The notes below the pieces were generated by a model that was not told the DNA's origin, ran no database searches, and saw nothing but the letters and a program-made list of their open reading frames with translations. From Thermoplasmata archaeon (lineage in GTDB: Archaea > Thermoplasmatota > Thermoplasmata > Lutacidiplasmatales > UBA184): a stretch of DNA of 64,000 nucleotides. The DNA is taken from the NCBI GenBank assembly GCA_027314915.1, contig DAHUZZ010000008.1, positions 19,746 to 83,745 on the forward strand, read 5' to 3'. Both the position numbers and the translations under genes were made by a program. Positions 1-8,353 of the stretch are shown one piece after another; the first letter of the stretch is position 1; every line of letters begins with the position of its first letter.

Positions 1-462
1 CGCCTCCCGTCCGACGCAGAGGAGCCGGTCGGGCAGCGCGTAGAAGTAGTATCCCTTCCGGGCGAGCCAGAGGTAGCCCAGCATGAGCCGCCGGGGGTCG
101 GCATGCTGCTGGACCGCGATCTGGAACTCCGCCGGGGCGCGGGCGAGCGGAGCGTAGGAGACCTCCGCGCCGCCGAGCCGGGCCGGCAGCAGCGCCGGCA
201 GGTCGGACTCCAGGTAGAACCGGAGGAAGCCGGCGTAGGCGCGGGCGAAGGGGTCGCCCCAGCGGCGCATCCGGTCGAGCCGCTTCTCGTCGTCCCGCTC
301 GGCCCGGACCTCCTCGAACCGGTCCCGGAGCCGGTCGAACGGCTCCGTCGGGCACTCGCGGGTGAGCTTCGGAAGGAGCGGCTCGCTCGAGCGGCGGAGC
401 GCCTCCACGCTCTTGAGGAGCCCCTCCTCCCGCCCCCCCGAAGCGCGCCGGATCCGCACCAT
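1..462 (-). CDS. Conserved hypothetical protein, partial (runs off the left edge)
   Basis: Translated by hand from ATG at 462: MVRIRRASGGREEGLLKSVEALRRSSEPLLPKLTRECP...QIAVQQHADPRRLMLGYLWLARKGYYFYALPDRLLCVG. Open to position 1 with GC3-rich codons; not in the ORF track. Confidence 0.75.
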   Translation of the reverse strand, partial: MVRIRRASGGREEGLLKSVEALRRSSEPLLPKLTRECPTEPFDRLRDRFEEVRAERDDEKRLDRMRRWGDPFARAYAGFLRFYLESDLPALLPARLGGAEVSYAPLARAPAEFQIAVQQHADPRRLMLGYLWLARKGYYFYALPDRLLCVGREA

Positions 463-846
463 CCGTCCCGGGCGACGGAGCGTCCGTACTTCAGTTCGTC
501 CCGTGCCGCCGGGCGCGAGGGGGGTCGAACGCTCCCTTCGCTCCGCGCCGGGGCCCCCCGTGGTCCGGCCCCGGGGCGGAAGCGGGGCGGAGGGGATCGA
601 ACGGCGGTGCGAAACGGCCCGGGCCGGGAGGATCCGATCCCCTGCGGTCGCCGGGCGATCGCCGCCTCCGGCCCGAGCCCGCGTCCTCGACCTCCCCCTC
701 GCGCCTCCGCATCGTCGCCGCGAGCGATGCAGTGGCCGCGGGGATCCTCGCGATCTGTCCTGAAGGAGGTCCGCCCGAGGTTGCTCTCCGGACGGCCGGA
801 GCCGTGACCCCCGGGGGGTCGAAGGGTTCGGGAGACGAGGGCCGGC

Positions 847-1413
847 CTACCGGTGGCAGAGGTCGCGGAAGTTCGAAAGGAGCCGCGTGCCTCCCTGGGT
901 GTGCTCGACCTCGGGGTGGAACTGCACCCCGTACCGGGGGGCGGTGGGGTCCTCCATCGCCTGGATGGGACAGCTCTCCGAGCGGGCGAGCCGTCGCCAG
1001 CCCGGCGGCAGCGTCGTCACCTGGTCGTTGTGGCTCTCCCAGACGGCGAGCGGGGAGCCGATCCCGGCGAAGATCGGATGCTCGGGCGCCTCGACGGTGA
1101 GCGTGACCCGCCCGAACTCGGGGGCGCCGGCGCGCGCGACGGAGCCGCCGAAGTGGCGGGCCAGGAACTGGTGGCCCACGCAGATGCCGAGGACCGGGAC
1201 CCCGACCCCGTCGATCCACTCGCCCACCCGGCCGAGCCGGTCGGTGCCCTCGAGGCTCAGGGCGCCTCCGCTCAGGACCACCCCGTCGATCCCCGCGAGC
1301 TCCGCGGGGGCCGCGGTGTTGGGCAGGATGGTGCAGTCGACGCCGAGGTCGCGGAGGACCCGCCACTCCCGGTGCGTCCACTGCCCGCCGTTGTCGATGA
1401 CGGGGATCCTCAT
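847..1413 (-). CDS. guaAA: GMP synthase glutamine amidotransferase subunit A
   Basis: IDNGGQWTHR start, LGICVGHQ catalytic Cys, GVQFHPEV His-Glu; archaeal split-subunit size. Confidence 0.93.
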   Translation of the reverse strand: MRIPVIDNGGQWTHREWRVLRDLGVDCTILPNTAAPAELAGIDGVVLSGGALSLEGTDRLGRVGEWIDGVGVPVLGICVGHQFLARHFGGSVARAGAPEFGRVTLTVEAPEHPIFAGIGSPLAVWESHNDQVTTLPPGWRRLARSESCPIQAMEDPTAPRYGVQFHPEVEHTQGGTRLLSNFRDLCHR

Positions 1414-1778
1414 GGGACCGGCGGCTCGCGGGGCCCCGCGGGGGCCGGGTCCGGGGTGCCGGCGGAGGCCGGAGCGTCGCGGAGGGAGCGGACCTCCCGG
1501 TGCAGCTCGCTCACCTCCTGGCGCATCTTGAGCATCTCCTGCTCGAACGGCGTGAACCCGCGGGCCGAATAGATCTGGCTCGAGAGGTAGAACCCGACGA
1601 ACACCGCCCCGACGAGCGCGAGGATCGTGATCAGCACCAGCGAGACGATGATCGTGAGCGGCGAGAGCGCGGCGATGGCGAGCGGGAGGGTGAAGAGCCG
1701 CGTGATCTCGGCGATCTCGACCACGACGAGCACGGTGATCACGAGGACCCAGAAGAGCGTCCAGCGCGGGATCTTCAT
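1410..1778 (-). CDS. Small membrane protein with C-terminal coiled coil
   Basis: MKIPRWTLFWVLVITVL..., two hydrophobic segments then FTPFEQEMLKMRQEVSEL; ATGA overlaps at both ends. Confidence 0.75.
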   Translation of the reverse strand: MKIPRWTLFWVLVITVLVVVEIAEITRLFTLPLAIAALSPLTIIVSLVLITILALVGAVFVGFYLSSQIYSARGFTPFEQEMLKMRQEVSELHREVRSLRDAPASAGTPDPAPAGPREPPVP

Positions 1779-2326
1779 GGGGGCGCCGCCACCTCGAGCA
1801 GGGGGAGCGGCTCGGGAAGGTCGGTGACGGCGAAGGAGGTCACGCCCGGGCTCAGCCCCGGCGTGAGGGGCTCGATCAGGAGGGAGTTCGCGGTCACGTT
1901 GAAGGCGTACATCCCCTGGTACTCCGCCGTCCCGCCCTGCGCATCGACGAACACCGCCGTCGCGTTCACCGCCACGAGCGGCGCGGAGGAGTTCACCGAG
2001 ACCGAGATGCTGTCGGTGGCGTTGCTCCAGTGGGTCCAGGTGAGGTTCTGCGGCGTTCCCTGGAACGGCCACGAGGGGATCGCGGCGAGCCCGAGGCGGA
2101 GGGCCTGGAAGCCGGTGGTCTCGACCCCCATCACGTAGAAGTCGGTCCGGTCCCCGTGCACGGCCCGGTACACCACGAGCTCCGCGGAGGTCGTGGGCGA
2201 GCCCGCGGAGTGGGCGCCCACGCCGAGCAGGCTCGGGGTGGTCAGGATCAGGAGCAGCATGAGGACCGCGAGCCCGACGAACGGCCACTGGAAGGGCCCC
2301 GCCTCCCGTCCGCCGTCCCCCATCAT
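1775..2326 (-). CDS. Membrane-anchored or secreted hypothetical protein
   Basis: N-terminal hydrophobic helix FVGLAVLMLLLILTTPSLL; beta-rich body with N-x-S/T sequons; overlaps the ubiX stop. Confidence 0.7.
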   Translation of the reverse strand: MMGDGGREAGPFQWPFVGLAVLMLLLILTTPSLLGVGAHSAGSPTTSAELVVYRAVHGDRTDFYVMGVETTGFQALRLGLAAIPSWPFQGTPQNLTWTHWSNATDSISVSVNSSAPLVAVNATAVFVDAQGGTAEYQGMYAFNVTANSLLIEPLTPGLSPGVTSFAVTDLPEPLPLLEVAAPP

Positions 2327-2895
2327 CGTTCCGGCGCCTTCCATCCCGTATAGAGGTGGTGCGGGACCTCGAGCTGGTCGAGGACCTTGCCCGCGAGGTA
2401 GTCGGTGATCGCCTCGACGCTCTTCGGGTGGAGGTAGTAGGCGGGCTCCGGCGGGAGGACCACCACGCCGAGCTGGGCGAGCCGGGTCAGGTGCTCGAGC
2501 AGGATCGGCGAGAGCGGCGTCTCGCGGGGGACCAGCACGAGCTTCCGGCGCTCCTTGAGATGCACGTGGGCCGCCCGCGTGATCAGGGTGTCGGCGAGCC
2601 CGAGGGCCACCTTGGCGGCGGTGTTCGACGAGCAGGGCACGATCGCCATCCCCGAGCTGGCCCGGGAGCCGCTCGCGATGGGCGCGGCGAGGTCGTCGTC
2701 GGCGTAGACGGTCTGGGCGAACCTCTCGAGCGCCGCCGGCTCGAGTCCCGATTCTTCCCGGAGGACCGCGCGGGCCCCCCCGGAGATCACGAGCGCGACG
2801 GGGGTCCCCGCGGCGTGGGCCGCCTCGAGGACGCGCACCGCGATCGGGGCGCCGCTCGCGCCTGAGATACCGATGATCACCGGAGCCCTGGCCAC
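2323..2895 (-). CDS. ubiX: Flavin prenyltransferase UbiX
   Basis: GISGASG, IASGS, PCSSNT, RAAHVHLKERRKLVLVPRETP motifs. Confidence 0.95.
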   Translation of the reverse strand: MARAPVIIGISGASGAPIAVRVLEAAHAAGTPVALVISGGARAVLREESGLEPAALERFAQTVYADDDLAAPIASGSRASSGMAIVPCSSNTAAKVALGLADTLITRAAHVHLKERRKLVLVPRETPLSPILLEHLTRLAQLGVVVLPPEPAYYLHPKSVEAITDYLAGKVLDQLEVPHHLYTGWKAPER

Positions 2896-2963
2896 GCTTG
2901 TCGCTCCCCGTCCTTATAGCCTTCAACGGATGGGGCGATTTGAGGCATTCCCCCGGTCGGAAG

Positions 2964-4136
2964 ATGGCCGTTTCGTCCGCGCGCGCCGCCCTGGTGGGGG
3001 CGGGACAGACGAAGTTCGGGGCGCTGAAGGACGGTCCCCGGGAGATGCTCTCGACCGCCCTGGGGCAGGCGGTAGCGAGCGTCGACCGCGGCTTCGACCC
3101 GGGCGCGCTCGACGAGGCATTCCTCGGGACCCTCGGCTTCTCCGGCTGGCAGCTCGGGAACTCCTCCGCGCTCCTCGCCGAGGCGGCGCACCGCCCCGGG
3201 ATGCCCGTGACCCGGATCGAGAACGCCTGCGCCTCGGCCGGGTTCGCCTTCCGGGCCGGCGTGGAGGCGATCGAGAGCGGCCGGTGCGAGGCGGTGCTCG
3301 TGGCCGGGCTCGAGAAGATGACCGACTCCCCCTCCGCCCGGCGGCGCTACTGGCTCGGGGTGAGCGGCGACACCGAGTGGGAGCGGCTCGCCGGGCTCAC
3401 CTTCGCCGGGGTGTACGCCCTCCTCGCCTCGCGCCACCGGATCGAGCACGGGACCCCCCCGGAGGCGCTCGCCGAGGTGGCGGTCAAGGCGCACCGCAAC
3501 GCCCTCCTGAACCCGAACGCGCAGTTCCACAAGGCGATCAGCCGGGAGCAGGTGCTGGCGGCGCCGCGGGTGGCCGATCCGCTCGGCCTGCTCGACTGCT
3601 GCCCGATCTCCGACGGGGCGGCGGCGCTCCTCCTCGTCCGGGCCGACCGGGCCCGTCGCTACACCGACACCCCCGTCTACGTGGCGGGCCACGGCGCCGG
3701 CTCGGACTTCCTGGCCGTCCAGGAGCGGCCCTCCCTGACCGGGCTCGCGGCGAGCCGCCGGGCGGCCGACCAGGCGTTCCGTACGTCCGGGTTCGACCGG
3801 TCGGCGCTCTCCCTCGCGGAGGTGCACGACTGCTTCACCATCGCCGAGCTCCTCGCCCTCGAGGACCTGGGCCTCGCCCCGCCCGGCGGGGCGGCGGCGA
3901 TGACCCTCGAGGGGGCCACCGCGATCGGCGGGCGGCTCCCCGTGAACCCCGACGGCGGGCTCAAGGCGAAAGGCCACCCGATCGGTGCGACGGGGGCGAG
4001 CCAGATCTACGAGGTGTTCCTGCAGCTCCGAGCGGCCGCCGGCCGCCGCCAGGTCCCCGGCGCGACCCGGGCCCTCGCCCACAACGTCGGCGGTTCGGGG
4101 GCCTGCGCGGTCGTCCACCTGTTCGAGGCGGGCTAG
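2964..4136 (+). CDS. Archaeal thiolase (acetyl-CoA acetyltransferase)
   Basis: IENACASAG nucleophile Cys, DCCPISDGAAA, VHDCFTIAE, KGHPIGATG, HNVGG; ATG at 2964 preferred as start. Confidence 0.92.
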   Translation: MAVSSARAALVGAGQTKFGALKDGPREMLSTALGQAVASVDRGFDPGALDEAFLGTLGFSGWQLGNSSALLAEAAHRPGMPVTRIENACASAGFAFRAGVEAIESGRCEAVLVAGLEKMTDSPSARRRYWLGVSGDTEWERLAGLTFAGVYALLASRHRIEHGTPPEALAEVAVKAHRNALLNPNAQFHKAISREQVLAAPRVADPLGLLDCCPISDGAAALLLVRADRARRYTDTPVYVAGHGAGSDFLAVQERPSLTGLAASRRAADQAFRTSGFDRSALSLAEVHDCFTIAELLALEDLGLAPPGGAAAMTLEGATAIGGRLPVNPDGGLKAKGHPIGATGASQIYEVFLQLRAAAGRRQVPGATRALAHNVGGSGACAVVHLFEAG

Positions 4137-4137
4137 G

Positions 4138-5154
4138 ATGGGCCGGCACCTCCGGAGGGCCGGGATCGCGCTGCCGGCCGTCCTCGCGGGCGGTCGGCGG
4201 CGGGAAGCTCCGGACGAGGACCGGTTCACGCTGGCCGTCGCGGCGGCCGAGACCCTCGAACGGTCGGACGACCCGGAACCGATCGGCCGGGTCCACCTGT
4301 TCGGGGAGTTCACGGTAGAGCAGGCGGAGCGGATCGGGGTCGCGCTCGGGATGGTCCCGGGCGCACCGGCCGCCCGCCACCCCGGGGACGCGCCGGCGTT
4401 GCATGCGCTCCTCACCGAGGAGCAGGGCCACCCCGGTCCGGGGGCCGCCGTCGTCCTCGCCGCCGACGCCCTCCGGGAGTCGTCGGAAGCGGGGGCGCTC
4501 GCGCGGGACTCCGGCGCCGTGGCCCTCTGGCTGGGTTCCGCGGCGGAGCGCCCTCCCCCGCCTTCCCGGCGGCCCGACCGGCCCGAGCTGCGGCTCGGCG
4601 CGGAGGGCTCGGCGCTCGAGCTCGCCGCGGAGCTCGCCGCCCAGCTCCCGGGCGATCTCCTCGTGCCGTCCACGACCGAGGCCTCCTGGACGGTGGGCCA
4701 CGCCCCGCCCGGTCCGGAGGTCACCGCGCGCTCGGAGGGGGCGTACGTCCCGTGGCCCCGGTACCTGGAGAACCTGCCGAGCCGGTGGCGGTTCGCCGCC
4801 GACCGGTGCGGTCGCTGCGGGGCGATCACCTTCCCCGTCCGGGGGTCCTGCCGTTCGTGCGGGGCCGCGGAGGGGCTGGGACGGTTCGAGCTGCCCCGCA
4901 CGGGCGGCACCGTCCTGGCCGTGACGACCGTCCACCCGGGCGCCCAGCCCACCGAGTTCGACTGGCGCGTGGAGCTGCTCGGCGCCTACGACGTGGCGCT
5001 GGTGGAGCTCGCGGACGGGGTCCGGGTCACGCTCCAGGTCACCGACGCCCCGCCCGGCGCGCTCCGGGCGGGCGACCGGGTCGCGACCCGGCTGCGCCGC
5101 CTCTACCCGATGGAAGGCGAGTGGCGGTACGGCCGGAAGGCGATGCCGCTCTAG
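4138..5154 (+). CDS. Degenerate HMG-CoA-synthase-like N-domain fused to DUF35 (Zn ribbon + OB fold)
   Basis: DEDRFTLAVAAA motif; CGRC...CRSC Zn ribbon; OB fold ending RLRRLYPMEGEWRYGRKA; starts 1 nt after the thiolase stop. Confidence 0.8.
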   Translation: MGRHLRRAGIALPAVLAGGRRREAPDEDRFTLAVAAAETLERSDDPEPIGRVHLFGEFTVEQAERIGVALGMVPGAPAARHPGDAPALHALLTEEQGHPGPGAAVVLAADALRESSEAGALARDSGAVALWLGSAAERPPPPSRRPDRPELRLGAEGSALELAAELAAQLPGDLLVPSTTEASWTVGHAPPGPEVTARSEGAYVPWPRYLENLPSRWRFAADRCGRCGAITFPVRGSCRSCGAAEGLGRFELPRTGGTVLAVTTVHPGAQPTEFDWRVELLGAYDVALVELADGVRVTLQVTDAPPGALRAGDRVATRLRRLYPMEGEWRYGRKAMPL

Positions 5155-6962
5155 ATCTTCGGGCGCGAAATCGCGGGCGCGGAGGCCGGCTCCCAGGGGG
5201 CTTCGAGCCAGCGCGCGTAGATCTGCCGCGCGAGCATCGGGGGGTCCTCGAGGGGGGTGAAGGCGTACTTCGCCGGCGGCGGGCTCCCGACGACGACCGG
5301 GACGCGCCGGAGGACGCCGCGCCGGAAGAGGTCGACCTTTACCTCCTCCCCGGGCGCGTACCGCTTGAGCGCTTCCCCGAATCCGGCGAACAGGACCCGG
5401 TAGCCGTCGAGCGCGACCACCTCGTCGCCCGGGGAGAGCCCGGCACGGCGCGCGGGGGTCCCGTCCCGGACCTCGGCGATGCGGGCCCGGTCGCCCTCGG
5501 AGCGGAGCTCCACGCCGAGGTAGGCGGGCTCCGTCGGCTCGATGCCGTTGGGGGCCGGTTTCGGCGCCGGGCCGAAGGCGAGCCCGGCGTGGCGGGCCGC
5601 CTCCGCGATGGGCGGATCCTCGGTTCCGGCGATGTAGCGGGCGAAGAAGCTCCCGAGATCGATCCCCGAGACCCGCTCCACCACGGAGGGCAGCTCGCCC
5701 TCCTCGAGCCCGCGGCCGGTCCGCCCGTACTCCGCCCAGAGGTGGCGGACGACGTCCTCGAGCCCGAGCCGGTTCTCGGTCCGCGCCCGGAGCTCGAGAT
5801 CGAGGCAGGCGGAGGCCACGTGCCCCTTGACGTAGTAGTCGACCGACTGGTTCTGCGTCTCCTCGTAGGGCCGGTACCGATCGATCCACGCGAGGTAGGA
5901 GGCCTCCTCCGCGCTCCGGTGGTGCCGGCCGGGCGAGGCGAGGAGGAGCCTCACCTTCTCGGCCAGGTACTGGAGGTAGGCCGACGGGGTGAACAGCCCC
6001 GCCCGGCGGACGAGCAGCCCCGCGGCGTAGTCGGTCGTACCCTCCATCCACCACAGGAGGCGGGTGTAGTTCTCCCGGTCGAAGTCGAACGGTCCGAGGA
6101 CCTTCGGCCGGATCCGCTTCACGTTGTACAGGTGGAAGTACTCGTGGGAGACGAGCGTGAGGAACCGGTCGTAGCTCTCGCGGGGCTTGAAGGAGCTCCG
6201 CTCGACCACCAGCGAGGTGGAGTTCGCGTGCTCGAGCCCACCGTCCCGCCGATCGTGGAGGTGGAGGAAGAAGGTGAAGGAGGCGAGCGGGGAGCTGCCG
6301 ACGTAGCGGATCTGCGCCTCCACGATCCGGGCGACGTCCTGCTCGAGGCGGTGGAGCTCGTAGTTGCCCGGGCCCCCGCAGATCACGATGTGGTGCGGGA
6401 TGCCCGCCGGGTGGAGGGTGAGCACGGTCGGTCGCCCGGCGTCGATGGGCGCGTCGACGAGCGCCTCGTAGTTCGGCGCGCGGAAGCGGACCGGGTGCTC
6501 CCCCAGCCGCGGCAGCTCCGCATGGGCGCTCCAGCCCGCCGGCAGGTTCAGCACGATCTCGACCGGCTCCCCCTCCCGGCCCGCGACCCAGGGGAGGCAG
6601 CGCGTCGCGTTGAGGAAGGCATGCTCGTCGGTGAAGTCGATCCCGTCGTCGAGGAGATCGTGGCCGTAGACGCTGTAGAGGAACTCCACCGCGGCCGCTC
6701 CCTGGGTGACCACCCTCCAGCGGTTCTTGGCCCGCCGCTCGACCGTCAGCTCCCGCACCGCGCCCGCGGCGGAGCGGGCGGAGACCTCCCCGACCTCCCG
6801 CGCCGACTCCCGGAGCTCGTAGGCTCCGGGGGCCCAGACCGGCAGCACGATCTCGACCTCCGGGCCGGTGATCCCCCGGATCTCCAGCGAGAAGGACCCG
6901 CGGTGCGACTTCGGCTCGAACGAGCGCAGCGTGTAGAGGATGCGGGCGTCGGACTCGACCAT
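5151..6962 (-). CDS. M61 family metallopeptidase with PDZ domain
   Basis: PVWAPGAY, GGLEHANST, HEYFH, LWWMEGTTDY, YYVKG; C-terminal PDZ (PARRAGLSPGDEVVALDG). Confidence 0.92.
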   Translation of the reverse strand: MVESDARILYTLRSFEPKSHRGSFSLEIRGITGPEVEIVLPVWAPGAYELRESAREVGEVSARSAAGAVRELTVERRAKNRWRVVTQGAAAVEFLYSVYGHDLLDDGIDFTDEHAFLNATRCLPWVAGREGEPVEIVLNLPAGWSAHAELPRLGEHPVRFRAPNYEALVDAPIDAGRPTVLTLHPAGIPHHIVICGGPGNYELHRLEQDVARIVEAQIRYVGSSPLASFTFFLHLHDRRDGGLEHANSTSLVVERSSFKPRESYDRFLTLVSHEYFHLYNVKRIRPKVLGPFDFDRENYTRLLWWMEGTTDYAAGLLVRRAGLFTPSAYLQYLAEKVRLLLASPGRHHRSAEEASYLAWIDRYRPYEETQNQSVDYYVKGHVASACLDLELRARTENRLGLEDVVRHLWAEYGRTGRGLEEGELPSVVERVSGIDLGSFFARYIAGTEDPPIAEAARHAGLAFGPAPKPAPNGIEPTEPAYLGVELRSEGDRARIAEVRDGTPARRAGLSPGDEVVALDGYRVLFAGFGEALKRYAPGEEVKVDLFRRGVLRRVPVVVGSPPPAKYAFTPLEDPPMLARQIYARWLEAPWEPASAPAISRPKI

Positions 6963-7028
6963 GGAGCTCGGCGCCCCGACCCGGGCGCCGCGATAACCTC
7001 TTGCGGTCCGTCCCGGGCCACGGGCCGA

Positions 7029-7247
7029 TCAGGCGAAGCCGGGGGGGTTCTCCTTCCGGGCGGAATCCCCCTTCCGGCGGTAGGGCTCCACGCCCAGTCC
7101 GAGCTGGATCGCGAGCGCCCGGAAGGTCTGGTTCAACTGCTCGACGCCGCGGGCGAGCTCGCGCAGCTCCTCGCGCATCTCGGCGAGCTCCCGGCGCATC
7201 GTCTCGACCTCCGCCCGGAGCTGTCGCCCCGCGTCCTCCCCGGCCAT
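7029..7247 (-). CDS. Small coiled-coil hypothetical protein
   Basis: 72 aa with heptad pattern LRAEVETMRRELAEMREELREL. Confidence 0.65.
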   Translation of the reverse strand: MAGEDAGRQLRAEVETMRRELAEMREELRELARGVEQLNQTFRALAIQLGLGVEPYRRKGDSARKENPPGFA

Positions 7248-7313
7248 CGCGGGATAGCCGAGGGCCCTCCGCCTTGATAGAGCATCCGGTGCCCCCCCGG
7301 GGGCGCGGCTCGC

Positions 7314-8138
7314 CTAGCCGCGGGCGCCCGCGTCGCCGCCCGGTCCGAACGGGTTCGAGGACCGGCCCCGGTCCTGGAACCGCTCCCACCGTCCCGCCGT
7401 CCGGGAGAAGTCCACGCGCTCGAGCTCGACCTCGAACGCCTTGAGCATCTCCTGCGGCGCGGGCCGGACGTGGATCTCGTAGACGTAGATGCCGAAGCCC
7501 ATGAAGTCGGTGACCCGGTGGAGCACCTCCGCCAGGTTCTCCCGCGGGACCACCATCCGCAGGGAGCTCTCGCCGAGCCGCCGGGAGAACTCGTCCGCGT
7601 CGAACGGCCGCTCGAGCGTGATCAGTCCCTTGGGGGGTTCGCTCGCCTCCGCCGGGGGGGCCGGAACGGGGGGCAGCGGCGGGCCGACCGGCTCCGCCTC
7701 CGGGACCGAGGAGGTCGGCACGTACGGTGGGGGCGCCGGAGGCTCAGGCACGGCGATCCGCGGGGCCGGGACGGGGGGGCCCCGCAGCTCCGGCTCCTTG
7801 GGGGGATAGGAGGCGAGGACGGGCGAGCTCTCCCGCCCCTGGAATCCGGGCGCGTCCCGCTTCGGGCGTGCGGGCCGCATGCGGCGGGGGCCCGGGCGCG
7901 AACGGACGGGGCCGGCCTTGGGCCGGACGGGGCCGGCCTTGGGCCGGACGGGGCCGGCCTTGGGCCGGGCGGGGCGGGCGGACCCCCGCCGCTTCGTCCC
8001 GGGGGAAGGGGCGGTGCGAACGCTGGGGGCACCGGCCGGCCGCGCGCCGCGGGTCGGAGACTTCGATCGCGCTCGGCGCGGGCTCGGGGGACGGGTGCGC
8101 GAGGTTCTCCGCACCGGTCTCGACCTCTTGGACGGCAT
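7314..8138 (-). CDS. Hypothetical protein: Arg/Pro-rich low-complexity N-terminus plus globular C-terminal domain
   Basis: Ordered C-terminal ~100 aa (ITLERPFDADEF...FMGFGIYVYEIHV); AT-rich promoter-like element near 8164-8173. Confidence 0.7.
   Translation of the reverse strand: MPSKRSRPVRRTSRTRPPSPRRARSKSPTRGARPAGAPSVRTAPSPGTKRRGSARPARPKAGPVRPKAGPVRPKAGPVRSRPGPRRMRPARPKRDAPGFQGRESSPVLASYPPKEPELRGPPVPAPRIAVPEPPAPPPYVPTSSVPEAEPVGPPLPPVPAPPAEASEPPKGLITLERPFDADEFSRRLGESSLRMVVPRENLAEVLHRVTDFMGFGIYVYEIHVRPAPQEMLKAFEVELERVDFSRTAGRWERFQDRGRSSNPFGPGGDAGARG
7903..7965. repeat. 21-bp tandem repeat x3, encoding (PKAGPVR)3
   Basis: CGGACGGGGCCGGCCTTGGGC at 7903, 7924 and 7945, exact copies. Confidence 0.95.
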
Positions 8139-8353
8139 CGACGGTCAGGGAGGCGGGGAACGACTTAAACTAACGTCCTCGAATCGGCGGGGGCCGTTCG
8201 GGGTGGCGTTGTCGCTCGCAGAACCATGCGAATCCCCCTCACGGCGGTCGTTTCTTGTCGTGACCCGAGCGACATGGGGATTATCTACCGCGCCCGGTGT
8301 GGCAGCGGTAAGCTGACCCCCGCAAGGAGGTCGGCCGGAAGGAAACCGAAGAT

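Noticed and set aside
463-846. RNase P or SRP RNA
   Set aside because: Only loose motif fragments (GTGCGAAACGGCC, GGAGGTCCGCCC, GAGAGCAACC), in the wrong order or strand; no P4 or helix-8 signature.
7903-7965. Possible CRISPR-like array
   Set aside because: Head-to-tail 21-bp repeats with no spacers, in frame inside a CDS.
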